A stretch of 60,817 bases of DNA, the filler included, from Sphacelaria rigidula (taxonomy: Eukaryota): NCBI GenBank assembly GCA_964200075.2. It is 9 parts of 9 records of this genome, joined end to end, with 100 filler letters (N's around TTAATTAATTAA, not from the genome) between each part and the next. Parts side by side here need not be neighbours in the genome. Positions count along the whole stretch, not along the records: positions 33,846 to 40,513 come from CAXNAA020018737.1; positions 40,614 to 47,281 come from CAXNAA020018738.1; positions 47,382 to 54,049 come from CAXNAA020018739.1; 6 more parts are not named here. The stretch is one strand, 5' to 3'. Positions 36,232-50,162 of this stretch are shown piece after piece (position 1 is the stretch's first letter; each line of letters begins with the position of its first letter). The notes beneath the pieces were generated by a model that saw only the letters and a program-made list of their open reading frames with translations, did no database searches and had not been told where the DNA came from. The translations under genes and the position numbers were made by a program.

Positions 36232-38954
36232 CTCTTCCATATGGCCAGCTGCCCATCCTTGAGTTCGACGGGAAGGTCCTGGCACAAAGCGGCGCCCAGT
36301 TACGTTTCGTCGGCAAGCTTGCCGGTAAGCATCGCCCCTCATCTTCGAATCGTGGTATCAGACGACTGTTGAGAGTCGTACTCGGCGATGACGATGGCGT
36401 CGGTCGCAGCACCGTCGCCATGTACTCTTGAAGTACTGTACACCGTGGCTGCCAAGCGAGATGAATTTTCATATATAACCTGAACTGTGAGCACTTCGTG
36501 AGGTCTACAGCTGCCTACTTTTTCTTGGGTTTAGGAGTCACCGTTCACTGAGTATTGTCTTCACGCTCCCCAATTTTCGAAAAGGCCTGGCGTTAATACG
36601 TGCTCCAAATGATGAACGTAAATACTCTGTTCCACTTCGTAACATACATGCCACGTTCAACAGGTCTCTACCCCCACGACCCCGTAGAAGCAGCTTTCGC
36701 CGACGCGGCGGTGGACTCCGTGAGCGACATGCACTCGCGACTCGCACCAACCGTTGCGGAGAAGGATATGGCCAAGAAGGTGCGGCGAAAACCTGTCACG
36801 TCCAGCCGTTTCATGTCGTGGATATTAGTCACTCGACGATATAACTACCCTCCTTTCCTCCCCTGATTCACCAGTTTGAGTTGACCCGTGTCCTCGTGTC
36901 ACCAGTCCGAGGTAAACGGTGCCCGCATGTGCGATTCTCGGAGTAGCTCCACCCCAGCAGTAGAACATGAGTTCTGCTATCGTAGCCCCTCCCCGCCGTG
37001 GCCGCCCTTCATAGCTCTGCACGTGAATAGACATTCATCCATAGCTGTATCTTGAGCATACCGAATCTTGCAAGGGCCGTTATTGATGGGGCTGTTCTTC
37101 GTCCGACTTTTCCAATTTGTGAGGACACACGAGCTTGCTCCCCGATAAATGTGAGGGCAGATTTCTCAATCAGGTCAAGAAATAGGCTCTCAAGGTTATG
37201 ATTGACAGTTCAATCATATCGAAGTGCACGCCGATCCTTGTCGTAGACAGTGGTAAGGCAGTGACCGCGAAACTCAGTCCCATCCGCGCTCCACCAATTC
37301 GAGTTGCTGCTCCAGCACTCGAACCCAGCCGTACCCTGGCGTTTGGTCTCGTGTTGAGCAATCTTCGGGTGAGCTCTGTCTCGGATACTTGTTCGTTGTC
37401 GTATGTTCCCTCCCTTTATTGTGTGAGATGCCCTATTTCGACATGCTCCGCCGATTCTGTTGCTGTTGTACCTATGATGCTGATTTCCACATCGCCCTCC
37501 CGCATCGCCCTTCGATGGTTTCCGACGCTGCTTTTGGTGATTTTCTGACCAATGTCTGACGCTGCTACGATGAAACCGCAGATGGAGATGCGCAAGGCGT
37601 TGGTGGCAGGCTACCTTCCCACGTGAGTAGACTCGACTTGCATCGTAGGAGCAACAATGAAACTCTGAAAGCTGCTACAGATTTTCTGTAATCATGATAG
37701 AAGATCATTGTGTGTGAGAAAGTGATGCGACCGTGAAGCATGAAGTGCCGATTTTTATCGAAGAGGACACACGCTCCCCACGCACTATCCAATTGTGTGA
37801 CCGAGAGCCCGTTGATGCGTGCTTTCAGTCCGGTTGTTTTTTCGCACATGGCCACTGACGTATCTTGTTTCACATGTCCCCTTCCACCCTCCCTACCCTC
37901 TCCCACGTCTTTGTTTTGTTCTTGGCTGACGACACACCATATGATGCTTGCAGCTGGCTGGGGAACCTGGAAAATATTCTGAAGGCAGCGGGTGGTGACT
38001 ACTTTGCCGGACAAAGGGTGAGTGAACAGAACACTACGCTGCATAGAAAATATCAACTATTTCAGGTAGACTTCGAGGGACATTTATTCCGATGTTTTTG
38101 TTCGATGATCACGTGAAAAGTGCTGTCACCATCATAGACTCCCACAGGTGAATCTGGGGGATATGACTGAATGGCCACAGCGTTGTTCCATGTACTGGAA
38201 GAAATCTCCATTGCTTTCCCGTTATCTTGGACAGGGGTACTACTAGTCGTCTGCATGTTGTCAGTTTGTATACTCTCAACAAGCTATGATAATGAGCTCA
38301 ACGAACAGTTGCAAGCCATTGTCGTCTGGCCTCCCTGACCGCGCCATGATGGAGACTGTTCAAAGGGTGGCTACTACTGCTTCACAGGCAATGCCATCAG
38401 GAGCATTTCAAACAATGTGCATCTCGCAGATGCGCGCAAATAGGATGATGGGAACTTCGGACGATGACATCTATAATAGGTAGAGTCGCCCACGATGACC
38501 TGGGCGTCCTCGTCTTCAGCGTGCCTTTGGCAGAGTACTTGTTGTCGGCGCGGTATCGAGTATTAGATCCGGGTGCGTTCGGAGGACATTCAAGGCTACA
38601 CAGGGTCAACACCGCTTCTTCTCTTGTTGAATTGGGCACCGCGACATTCGCTCTACTCAGTATCAACATCGAAAACGAAAACTAACACGCCTCCTACTGT
38701 CGAATAATCAGTTCCCGCCACTCCGCGCCCTTTTTCGTGATACCTTCATGCCACGATGTATCCAGCTATCGATCGGTGACATTGCTGTGGTGGCAAGACT
38801 GCTGTGGTTGAAGGAAGGGAGACCCAGCCTTGAAGGCATCCCGACCACCATTGTCGACGACTACCCGCTCCTGACCGCCCTCGTTGAGCGCGTTTGCGCC
38901 GAGCCCAGGATAGCTGCCTACCGCGAGGCCAAGCTTCTCGCTTCGAAGGCCTGA
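36232..38954 (+). CDS. GST: Glutathione S-transferase, sigma-like; exons 36232-36324, 36664-36779, 37582-37622, 37954-38017, 38766-38954; first exon(s) not on this contig
   Basis: All GT-AG introns with matching phases; spliced protein LPYGQLPILEFDGKVLAQSGAQLRFVGKLAGLYPHDPVEAAFADAAVDSVSDMHSRLAPTVAEKDMAKKMEMRKALVAGYLPTWLGNLENILKAAGGDYFAGQRLSIGDIAV...PRIAAYREAKLLASKA*; GQLP, QS and LSIGD motifs. Confidence 0.93.
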
Positions 38955-40513
38955 TTGTGTTGTTTCTTTATCATGATGGTTCGGTATCTTTGTGGTGCCA
39001 TGGGGGCCGCTCTGCAGGAGTCAAAGCGTACAGCCTCGTGACGTTTTTGGGGTTCATTGCACGACAGAGGGGAGGGGGGTCAGGGCAGGGAGTGGACATG
39101 GGACGATGCGGATGTGTGCGGAATTTTGATGTCCATCTTTGTGATTATCACGAATATGGGTATGTTTGTGCTGTGGTGTCATGCCGCCGCTTGCTTGGTG
39201 GTTGTGCTGATGCTTGTTTCTGTGAAGCCATTCGCTTCGGGACGTATGTTGGTGACGTGCATCACTTGAAGTATCGGTTGTGTATGTTACGCCCGACATT
39301 TGCTGCGGTGATCCGCATTGCAGAAGACACAATCTGGTCTGATGTCTGTTTCACCCGGAGGCACGAGTCAAGCACGGCTTTCGGTCGCACCGGTGCAAAG
39401 CAATGATGGGTTGTATGGCCTGTGAGGTTTGAAGCTTGAAGTTACTATACGAGTGTCGTGGGTTTTTGGGGAAACATTGGGTAAAAGCACAAAACTGATC
39501 GTGCATGTGTGGGATACTGTCTTCTTGGGAGAATGGGAAGCATGCGCTATCGGGGTGCATTCCGAGCTGGAGCAATGACGTTCGAGGTGGAAGTGTAGAG
39601 TGCATGTCCCATGGTGTTGACGAAAAGTAGAGAGTGTCCATCATCGTGTTGATGTTGCTGAAGGCTGCAGTCTAGATGTTAGTTGCCTCTTTTCCCTAGA
39701 GGAGAATGCGCGTCGCTTGCGCATGGGTTGATGATGCCTGCAGTTTAGCCACAATCCGAGCCAAGTATTGTGGCGAGATCCGGTGTTTGCCTGCGTGAAT
39801 GTGCCCTACTCGGTATGCTATAGCAATGCTTCAGCTGTTCCTCGTTTGGAGTCGAAGAGGGTGGATTGATGGACCGATAGATTGGGTAAATCGGAACTGG
39901 ATGTTCCAACAGTGGCAACGATATTTGCAATTAGACTTCAATTCTTGTCGAGCAGGCGGGGGTGCTTTGCGTATGGTGCCCTTCACCTGTGCGACGTCGG
40001 ATCTGGACTCAACATAATGTCATGATATTCTTGCTTGCTCACGCTTTTGCGCCGAGAACCCTGATACATCACCGGACGTCTCGAACATGTTGAGTGAGGG
40101 TGGACGCGAGCGAATGATTCAGAGCCGTACGCTATACACTGCCGCGTGGATGGAGGTACTCTCTTCTAGAAGATTACGGCACATCCGTATGAGAACTTTG
40201 TGTTGCACCGAGTGCTCGAAAGAAGTCGTGGCAGACTCCCGTGATTTTTGGTCGGCCACATTATTGTTGGTCGTGGGACGCAAAGTGGCCGCAGTTTTGA
40301 TAGGGCGGAGGATCGTGGAAGATCGGCCCGCGAACGTGCGACGGCGTGGAACGGGTGTAAACAATGTTTTCGTGAGACTGAGAGTCGAAGATATGATTGA
40401 GAGCGACCACTTTATTCGAACCGCGGTCACATGCACCTTCAAAATCGTTACTCGACACGTTGGCTTGTAGCATAACAAGAGGCAAGTTGACCCTTAGCGC
40501 AGTAGACCTGAAG

Positions 40514-40613
40514 NNNNNNNNNNNNNNNNNNNNNNNNNNNNNNNNNNNNNNNNNNNNTTAATTAATTAANNNNNNNNNNNNNNNNNNNNNNNNNNNNNNN
40601 NNNNNNNNNNNNN
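40514..40613. other. Artificial contig linker
   Basis: Same 100-nt linker. Confidence 0.98.
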
Positions 40614-40653
40614 TAATGACTATGGCATGCATGATCATGAGTACCCCCCCCCC
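40614..40653 (+). mobile_element. LINE family B 3' end with C-run
   Basis: TGACTATGGCATGCATGATCATGAGTACCCCCCCCC; matches the reverse complement of ~59190-59220. Confidence 0.75.
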
Positions 40654-40772
40654 GGCCAAAAAAACTATACCCGCTCGCTGACAAACCCGGGATGTCCCCG
40701 ACCGTCGTCAGCCGGAAGGTCAAGTTTTCAGGCGCCGACGTTCATTTTCTCCTTTTTCGCAGGGTATGACGG

Positions 40773-41149
40773 GTAGTCCCGGTGGCTCAGTTTGTAACCT
40801 CGAAACGTTCTGACGGTTGGGTCGTGGGTTCGAATATCGATGCAGTGACACGATCTGGGATTTCTCCTCACACAGTGCCCAACAATGGAGAGCAACTATG
40901 TCGTAGGTACATAGAAGTCGACTTCACAGTCGATGAGGCAAAGGGATTGGTGAACTCCTCTCTCGATGAAGCAATAAGGCAAGCACCGCAGAAAAAAGTT
41001 GGGTAACTAAAACAAATAAAAATGGAAAAACTCTTGTGTTGGCCTTCCCCTGTGTGACCCCGGCTGGTGCGCCGACATATACCGAAAGGTGTACACTGGC
41101 GTCTAGAATAGATGGGATGATAACACATACATACACACACAAACACACA
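40773..41149 (+). mobile_element. tRNA-derived SINE family 1, full length
   Basis: CCCGGTGGCTCAGTT A-box; GGTTCGAAT B-box; same body; CA-rich tail. Confidence 0.85.
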
Positions 41150-41597
41150 TTATAAAATTTTGTTGGAAAGAAAACGCCTGCGTAGAAAAAAGCCATTGCT
41201 GAATATGTTGCACGTCGAGGACAACGGTGCATCAAGCTGACGCCCGTGGTCTTGCCGTCTCAGGAAAACGATTTTTCAACAGAACCGCGCACTACGACAG
41301 TCGTGATCGGGTCAATATAAGTAAAACGGCGTGTTCCTGTAGTTGCTAAACAGCTGAACGGCGTGGCGTACTTGTATTCGGTGTGGTTGTGGGTGATGTA
41401 GGCGGCGCTCGCGGGTGTGGTTGTGGGTGATGTCTTGATCTATCTCATGTCTGAGCTTTGGGGAACGGATTCACGAACTTCTTGCCAACCACAGCAGGAC
41501 AGGCACAGGTTGACGCATTCAGAAGTAACACGCATGGAACGGCAGTGGTAAGCTTGCGTGTCACATACCCCTGCTGCCCAAGCGGGGATCACAACCC

Positions 41598-41917
41598 ATA
41601 TATATATATATATATATATTTTTTTCCCTCACACTTTGAACCCCTCCCCTTCCTCGGTATGATTCCGTGGTCTCAAGAGATGAACCCATCTCTCCCCCGA
41701 TACGCGCCTTTCTGTTTGGTCTTGCGGACTGGGTCGGCACTTCCGCACCGCGTCAACTGTCGTCACACAAACCCAGTCGACTACTTTGTTTACTGACGTT
41801 CTCACGCTTTCACTGCGGAAAGCATACATTACGAAGAAAATCCAACGCATCGGGAATCGAACCCCTGTTCTCTCCACCTTAATGGCGACAGTCGGACCAT
41901 TACACCACCGGGGTGCC
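41598..41917 (-). mobile_element. tRNA-derived SINE family 2 ending at a (TA)n run
   Basis: - strand head CCCCGGTGGTGTAATGG (A-box) and GGTTCGATTCCC (B-box); body homologous to 8440-8700 and 10760-10815. Confidence 0.7.
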
Positions 41918-44900
41918 GTGCACTGAAAAAGGGCGGTATACCGTAGTAAAGTACCGAGGTAAACATGATATGCAGTTACGCCCTGATTACACCGCATATC
42001 AGATGCGGCAAGGATGCGGTTACGTACTATTACGGTACAGGTGCTGTCTGTAGACCGTACAATGCATCAGCGTATTATACTGCACGTTATATAGTGGTCA
42101 TGACGGAGTTTTTAAATTTCGAAGCCATCAGCTACGCTGCCAGACATGAATGCAAACAATCGTGCTGTTCTCCTCTTCCGAAAGCAATTGAGATGACACC
42201 TTTTCAGGCGGATTGTACCCTTCATACACTACGCCCTAGTCGTGGTGATGAGCTCGAACGCGAAGCGTGGTGGCCACCTACCGTCGTACAATGGGGCCCA
42301 CGAGGCACCCGTACTGAGCAACACCATGCACACCACCGAACGCGGGATATAATCACGTTCTCAGCCTGCAACCTGTGCCGACGATCCAGCCTTGGTAATT
42401 GCTTTTTTCAGATACGCTGTGTGTTGGGCCGTAGGTCGTCCCTCTGGGGCACCTCGCTCGTGTGAACTACACCTACTTTACGGATAATCCCAGCTGATAA
42501 TTTTTATACGATGATTCTTGTATGCGGAAATCGGCACACACTTGACTTTTTTTTTGACGCAACACCGGTAGAAAGTACAAGTGCGCCAAGCCAACCTTTC
42601 GAGGTTTGTTTACTGTCCTATCGGAAGATCATTTACTACACACAAAACCTTCTACGCTTCACAGGGAATAAAAATCACACAAAAACATACAGCAGAAAGA
42701 TATCGCATATGATGTTTGTATTCACCCTGGTACTGAAGAGAAATGACGGCGATCAGGATTTCACACCGAGAGGAAAAAAAGACGGGTCTGCGAGTAGATA
42801 CCATCCCGTTGTACTACTTGTATACTGCAGTAACAGTACAGTAGGCGCAGGCGACGGCTGGATCGCGCATGTATCAGTGTACATGTAATATGTAATCATG
42901 ACGAAGTTGAAGGTGTGTCGATGTCGTAATGTTGGAACCTTTTTCCAGATTGCAACAACTATTCATCATACTCTATACTGTGCTGTTGTACATGCGAACA
43001 TGGGAGATGCTGCGGGGAGTAAGTACGCTGGACTGAGCGATCATCATCATTCGCAGCAGTTCGCGGGGGAGCGGGGAAAATTCGGGGAGCGGCGACACTT
43101 ATGACGGTACTGTCTGTGACGTGTACAGCAGCACAACAACAACAGTATTCGCGTTCGTGCCCCCAAAGAATAAAAACTCGATCAGAACTTGTACTGTATG
43201 TGCGTAAATATATGTTCTCATAATAAAAGAGTTGTGCAATGTGATGCTGGAGCTTATGATGGTCGTCCTGCTGTTTGTGATGAAAACACAGGTCAGTAGA
43301 GGCGGAGGTCGCGAAGGGGCATCACTCTTCTCGCTTCTATTACGTGTCCTGCAGTACAGTCCCCCCTGCAGAGAGTGCGATCTGATCCGGCACGCTCAGA
43401 ATATGCCACCCACCGACCCACTAGTATACATTCATGGATGCATGCGACCAGGACAATTTTGGGTGAGAACTTGAGAGCCATGTTATGCTCATGCACAAGT
43501 GCAACGTGTGTGACCAAACTGCTGGGTGCTGCCAAGTCCGAGTACAAGTACAACAGTTGGATATCGGAGATATTTCGGGCTGTACTGTAATAGAGCGTGC
43601 AACAGAACGAACGCGCCAGGTCAGTACAGGGGCGGCGTACTACACTTCGAGCCCGCATCAGAAGCGCCCACAAAAGCCCCCTGTACGTTATCTGATCTCC
43701 TTGGCTTTCGACAGCGGACTGATCTGATGCAAAGGCAGCAAGTGCAACGGTGGCAGGCAATTATTTTCAGGACTAGTGTCGTCTACACGACAGCGTTGTC
43801 GGCGCAAATTGCGCGCGCCGCAAACGGATCTTGGGGTACACATGAGCGCCACAATATGTGCGCAGATATTGCTACGTTGTACTCCAACCCGAGGTAGTGC
43901 AAGGCAACGGTACGGCCAAGAGAGCGAGCGTTGGTGACAGAAGACGGCGTGACAGAGAACTCATGTACAGCATACACTGAGTAAAAGTTGCACTATTGTC
44001 TTTCGTACCGTACACAATAGTTGCAGCGACTGAATTTTGCATATTGCACCGGCCGCCGGTCGCCTGTGCCCCAAAATTTCAAGTTTCCCTCCAAAGAGAC
44101 AGTGAGGTGAAAGGCACGAAAAATACTCTCGTGTTGTTTGTGCGCGCTATACATGTTTCAAACAGCTGGCTCCGCATAGCGTGAAGTGGAGTGAAGTTTC
44201 TCTGCCCTTGTGTGATTGTATGATATTCCATCTCTTCATAAGCCGCGATCACAGCTGTGCCGTTCACTACTCGATGGGCAACAATGGAGGCGCTGATGCG
44301 GCACGGGTTTACGGATCAACACCAATTATTGATCGAGACAAAATCGTCGGCCTCGAAAAAAACAAAGACATTGCACTTGCGAATCCACATGAGAACGGAG
44401 CGAAGTACAGTGCAACATATCGTACAGTCTTCGCGAACGGTACGAATATACGGTTGTCTGTACTTCAGAATGATACGACCTGTGCCAGTTACATACCTCG
44501 AAGTACGATGTACGGTATGTACTCTAGTTGTGAGCTGTGCTCGTATCACGTTCGTACAATCTTATAACTGCAGTGTAACACCGACTGTTGTCTGTACTCT
44601 TTCCGATGAAGGTCATGCGACATCCAAGTCTGTGTTGATTTGCGTATATAAAACAATAACGTTTGTGTTGACTATACTTCCTCTCGCTGCACTGTAGTAG
44701 ATAGACAGACAGTGGACTGTGAACTACCCCAAACACACAAAACACGAAAAAGAAGGCCGGAAAACACCACTGCAAGCCAAACTTTCCCCATCCAGCATCG
44801 CACCTGAGTGTTGTGCCCACACAACTACCCCCCCTCCCCTATAACCTCGCCCAGCCACCTCCTGCACTTTTTCCAAATGCCGCTGCTTCTGCCTTCCCGC

Positions 44901-45489
44901 CCGTCCGGTGCACTGCACCTGTACCGTGTTGAGGCAGCGCCCGTCGGTATGCAGAAAGCACGCACGGCCTACGTTCAGGCGGAAAGGCTACTCCAATAAG
45001 GTGGTGCTTGCTGTCTGTGTGCCTGCTTTCTCCTGTGCTGTATTTATGTATATCCTTGTTGCCACAGCCTTGAACCAAAGATAAAGCCCGAAGTGGTTTG
45101 CCAACAGGCAGCTGGCTCAATCCTTCTTGCAATCCTCGTCGCCCTTCCTCTGTCGAGCGTGATCAAGCGAGCTCCGTGCACCGACACACATACACACAAC
45201 ACAATCACTGGGCTGTTGCACTCCGGAGCCCGTAGTGTCCTGGGTCACAGCTGTAGAAGCACGAAGTGTTGAATCGTATGCAGTAGCTCCCCCTAGTATT
45301 TCTGCAGTGCCTGTGGTGCTCTTTTAGCAGATGTGCAGTGGTGTAGCCTGTATTCCACCAACGTTACTCCGGAGCAGTTGAACTCAGCGAGAACTGTCCG
45401 TACTGTACTGCCGGTACTCTTCTACTCTGTCTGTCATTACGCAATACTTGCTACCCTTCGATCTCTCTATAAACCTTTCCATATAGGAC

Positions 45490-45582
45490 TTGATACGGGT
45501 GCCGGTACCCGCGGTTGATGCCTTGAATTGCTTCAAGGTTCGAAGGAGGGACAGCTTGACAGCTTATTCATTCATTCATTCA
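45490..45582 (+). mobile_element. Probable retroposon 3' end: two short stems plus (ATTC)n tail
   Basis: GGGTGCCGGTACCC and CCTTGAA-TTGC-TTCAAGG, then (ATTC)4. Confidence 0.4.
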
Positions 45583-46324
45583 GTGGTTCTTCCCTCTGGT
45601 ATGGTTATTCTACTGCTGTAGCCGCGACAGTATGCCACGCAGCAGATCACGAGATTTAGTGAAGTGCTTCATCAGATGATCCACATGCAACTACGACGGC
45701 AAATTTTGTAAACTGGGAGGGTGGCAGTGGGAGCAAGAATACAGGGGTGCCTACTTGTACTGATCATCCGCATTTTACAGTACGAACTGAACCGGCAGTA
45801 AACCCAGCATCCTCTGTCGTCACCGCAACTCTTCAAGTTTCCCAAATCAGCACGACCTGAATATATCGCTGTGAACTGCAGACTAACCTGGTAACACAAG
45901 GCACCGCCACTGCTCGATTGGTGCACTTTTGGCGATGATGTTATTGTACTGCATTGAGTACCGAGTACATCCCAATTCTTTTTGCGATAGCGTGTCTGGA
46001 GACGTTTCGTTTCACAAAATGCGGTGGAATTACGATAGACGACAGACCGTTGCGCCGCATAGGCACACGCACACCTGACATGCTCAGGCAAGAGCACACT
46101 GGTAGTGCTGCAAAATGGCATCAAGCTCATCATAAGCCCCATAATGGGAGAGAAATTCCGAACCAACTGTTATATATCACCGCACGAGGGAGAAGTACTA
46201 CTTTTGAAGCTGCGCTATACCCCCCTTCCCCAAAAGCAAGACCATCACCAAATCGTCGAGACCCTTTGCAACCCAGAGGTACGAGAGAGTATGCACGATT
46301 AGTGTGCACACAAAAACGTTTTTG

Positions 46325-46395
46325 TCGTGTCGGGATTCGAACTCATGACCTGTGTCATTTGAGACTGTTGTATCAGTTCGGCCACCGGGGTTACA
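46325..46395 (-). mobile_element. tRNA-like head of a third SINE family; 3' limit undetermined
   Basis: - strand CCCCGGTGGCCGAACTGA (A-box-like) and GAGTTCGAATCCCG (B-box); no complete cloverleaf. Confidence 0.55.
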
Positions 46396-47281
46396 CAAAA
46401 AGCCACGCGAAGCCCAATTTTACGTATTTTTGGCTGAAAATTTACAAGGATGTGGTTGACGCGAGTGCCCGTATGTGCCGCAGCGTTGTCATCGTTTTTA
46501 TCAATTGTTGAGGAAGTTATAGCATTTTCCTGGTTGTCGCTAAAACTTCAACTCGCTCTAACTTCCGGTTTTTTTTTACCTCTACACCCCTCACAGGGTT
46601 GCGTAGATTGATGATAAAAATGTGTCAAAATTTCAGCGCCTAACTCTTCGAATCGCCAAAAGCATCTCCACTCTTCGTTTAAAAATCACTGATGGCCGGC
46701 CCAGCTCGTACTCCTCTCTTATTCTAATACGTAGTGTGATATCGGATATCTTCGATAAAACAGTTCGATAGTTATGGGCCTCTATATATACCTTATCCCC
46801 ACCTTGTGTTTTCAACCCGTCTTGACAACGTTTGCGCCGGAGGTGGACACCTCCGGCTCTAACGGGGTTTAAGACCTGCCTTGACCCTTTGACCTGTAGC
46901 CTAGGTCATCTGGGTCTTGCACTCATGTTTCAAGTGAAACTGATGCCGAATCAATACGCATGACCTACCGTGGCGGTCGAACGGTTGGGGAGAAATCAAT
47001 CGACAATTCAAAAATTGAAAACAGATACGTTACACTACGCAATGTTGTGTTTGGCCTTCTGCCCTGAACTGCAACGAGGCCGCTTTCAATTTTCGACAAG
47101 CCCGACGTTAGGAATATACTTCCTCTGTGCCATTAGTAAAGGTCCCTATGTTTACACAGACCTTTAGCGGTGTCCAATGCCGCCGGCGACCATTTTTTTG
47201 AAATCTTTGGAGTTTTTTTTGTTAAAGTCCGTTTTTTTTTTTTTTTTTTTTTGTTCTATCCTGTGTGCATTGGCGGGCGCG

Positions 47282-47381
47282 NNNNNNNNNNNNNNNNNNN
47301 NNNNNNNNNNNNNNNNNNNNNNNNNTTAATTAATTAANNNNNNNNNNNNNNNNNNNNNNNNNNNNNNNNNNNNNNNNNNNN
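47282..47381. other. Artificial contig linker
   Basis: Same 100-nt linker. Confidence 0.98.
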
Positions 47382-47759
47382 TTCCATCGCTGGATCAGAC
47401 CCCGTTTGGAACCGTCAGGAGGGATACTCAAACTACAGCTGATGATGCGGGTTCTAAATTCAAAGAAACGGCTCGGATTTTGCAAACGCGTTGCACTACA
47501 GTAGTATTGTTCGACAGCCTCACCGCGAAACCGGTTCTCAACACAGCCACGGCGGAGGTGGCCATACAAGGCGTGATAGCTGGTTCAGACTGGATGAAGC
47601 GCCTCGCATAGGCACTACTGGCGAAACAACCCCAAGCGTGGGACTAACCCTTACCCCCGTTGTGTGCGTCTGCAGCTTTATTGTGGGGCATCCATTTTAT
47701 CCAACTGACGACTGTACTGTAGTGGTGCTGTACTATGGTGTGCTGGTATATCTCAGCAG

Positions 47760-47912
47760 ACTGCTGAATGATGCTGCGTTTCAAAGATCGCTGGCGTCTG
47801 TCCCCGCATCGGATCGTTTCGCTGACGGCGGTCGTCGCCGGCGCAACAGTATGAAGTCTCTCTCAGATACTGAGCAAGAGGCGCTCGAAAACTCGATGAC
47901 TACTCCAAACAA
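47760..47912 (+). CDS. Candidate internal exon of an unknown gene
   Basis: CTGAC branch-like motif upstream; cagcag| LLNDAAFQRSLASVPASDRFADGGRRRRNSMKSLSDTEQEALENSMTTPN |gtatgt; 153 nt, symmetric phase 2-2. Confidence 0.45.
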
Positions 47913-49910
47913 GTATGTTTTCAGCATGCTTTGTTACGTGTTCCGCAGCGCTTAGACGCAGGGGTTGATCGAAAGATGCCGCACAATGAATAACGGCGGG
48001 TTTTCTGTTGGACTGCTCATCATCATGCTGACGCTGCCTTGCAGAAACTTCTGGGTCAGGGTTACATGGTCGAAACCGGTTGAGAATCCCGAGCCTTTTG
48101 AACAAAACAAATGAAATTTGGATGGTCCGTTGAACCTCACCCAAATGTTGAACCTCAAAAACGCATCCAGGCGGTTAAATAGTTTTTTTTGCTGTTTTCG
48201 CTCCGAAGGTTTCACGCACATCATTCCGGGGGGCATTGGCACCCGGGCCCCGAAAAAAAAAACGGAAGAAAACAACAACATGTTACTCGCGAGATATGGC
48301 CACGCGACAACGGACGTCTCGCCCCCAGAAACCGCCCACCTTTTGTAGGCCAAATTTCGCCAAAGTATACCTGGTCTAGGAAATATTTTTCAATCGTACC
48401 TTATCTGGGCCACCGATCGACCGTGAACGTACCTGTGCTGGGTCATCGCTCTCTACACTGTACCTGATGCGGTACATCGCGCGCAAGGGAGTCTACGCGC
48501 GAACTTCAACCATGGCGCCCATATATTCGGCTATTTTCCCGCTCGTTTGCCGTTCACGGCCGCCACAACGACCACGCCCCTTTCTCCCGGGGAATGGTTC
48601 CCGAGTCTCTCCGTATCGATACAATAACTGGACTCACATCTCACAGCGCGTCGGTCTTTTGTGGTTGTGGGATACCGTATCGTTGCGATCGCGGGGCTGG
48701 TGTCAGGGTCAAGCTAAGCTCTTCCGTCACGAACGAGCGGTTGTCGAATGATCGATGACTGGTTTAAGCGACGGATACAGTACTGGCCGTCACGCATATA
48801 GGAATAGGAACAGAACAGTAACAACAGCGTTCAGCACTACATTATGCGTAATATCCTCTAGAGGGGAGTTTCAAAACGGACGTCAGCTGGGGTGACGTTT
48901 CCAAAATCCACTACAAGGTAGCCGAGTGGCCGCGTGTGTCCCTTCCTGTTTGGCCTCGCGTGTTGAGTGGACCAATGGGCCCTGCCTCCAGTAGTCCAAA
49001 TGGTCGTACATGACATCGGAACTTAAAGGGCCAGCTGTAGTAGTTTTATTTCCTTCTTCTTTTTCCCTTTTTTCTTTCATATTTTCTAGTATTATCTTTT
49101 TCTGCTGTATCGAGTCTGTGTGGATTGTTTCTGAGCCCGATTTTATTTTATTTTTTTATTTTTTCCTAGCTTGGGGTAGTTAGCCTGTCACCACGTAGGA
49201 AGGCGTCCGCATCAGATGCCCAGTACAGAGTACTGCCCACATATCGGAACGATTTTACCTGTGAGATTTGTTTTAATGCACAGGTATCGGAACAGTTTCA
49301 CATGTGGAAACAACACCTGTGATGGTATATGACCGCGTGCGAGAGATAAACTAGCACAGTGGGATTTCACGATCGGCGAACGACCCGCGAGAAAGAGAAG
49401 AGGATTCAAGTCGAAAGTGCGCTTGTGTAAAGTAGAAATTGGACCATTCGCATGGTTGATTTGGCGTTTTCATGATTTGTATTCGGACATTGCCTGTGTC
49501 GGATTAGTCATATGGGGCACACGCCTGCCAACACTTGATTGATAGGAGGCACACGCCGGAATGATTTTGTAATATGGCAGTTGTATGCGTGGCTAAGAAA
49601 GAGGTTTCTGCTGAAACCTCTGGCGCCCGCCCTTCCACTTGTGCTCGCGGGCTGTCCAACAGACATATTTTGGATATAGAAGAAGAACCTAAAGACATCG
49701 CCGACCCTCTCCGATCTCTTCTTTGTTCTACTCGGTCTTCAAGTCCTGTGACGAAAACACGCCGTACGTTGAGTTGTTAGTGATGATATGGATAATGACT
49801 AGAGGCACGGAGATTCTGGAGGGCTCTGGATAACGACCGTGGACACGGAGATGGTATCTGCAGGTCTAGAAAGCTGGTGCCCTGGAAGGGCACTCCTGAA
49901 TAATGAGAAT

Positions 49911-50162
49911 GACACTTTCTACGATAGCCCCCCCCCAAAACCAGCCCAAAAGTGTCACGAAAAAAATGGCCATACAGCGCCTGATATTTGAGTGCAGGCT
50001 TGATGAAGCGTCTCATATTGGCAACATTGGCGAGAATGAATCCAAGTGTGGGAACTCCCAGCTGCTCGTTGTGTTCGGCTTTTCCCATTTCGATTCACGT
50101 TAAGATTTTGCCTCCCAAAACCATGCACTTTGGGGGGGGGGGGGGCTATTGTAGAAAGTGTC
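49911..50162. mobile_element. Complete 252-bp MITE with GAC..GTC termini and a 4-bp TSD
   Basis: TIR GACACTTTCTACGATAGCCCCCCCC / GGGGGGGGCTATTGTAGAAAGTGTC; GAAT at 49907-49910 and 50163-50166. Confidence 0.9.

Noticed and set aside
39745..39930. hAT dimerisation or Tc1 DDE remnant
   Set aside because: Resemblance limited to a few residues; not distinguishable from chance
44724..46166. Minus-strand exon chain on contig 7
   Set aside because: Candidate splice sites did not join in consistent phases and the peptides matched nothing recognisable
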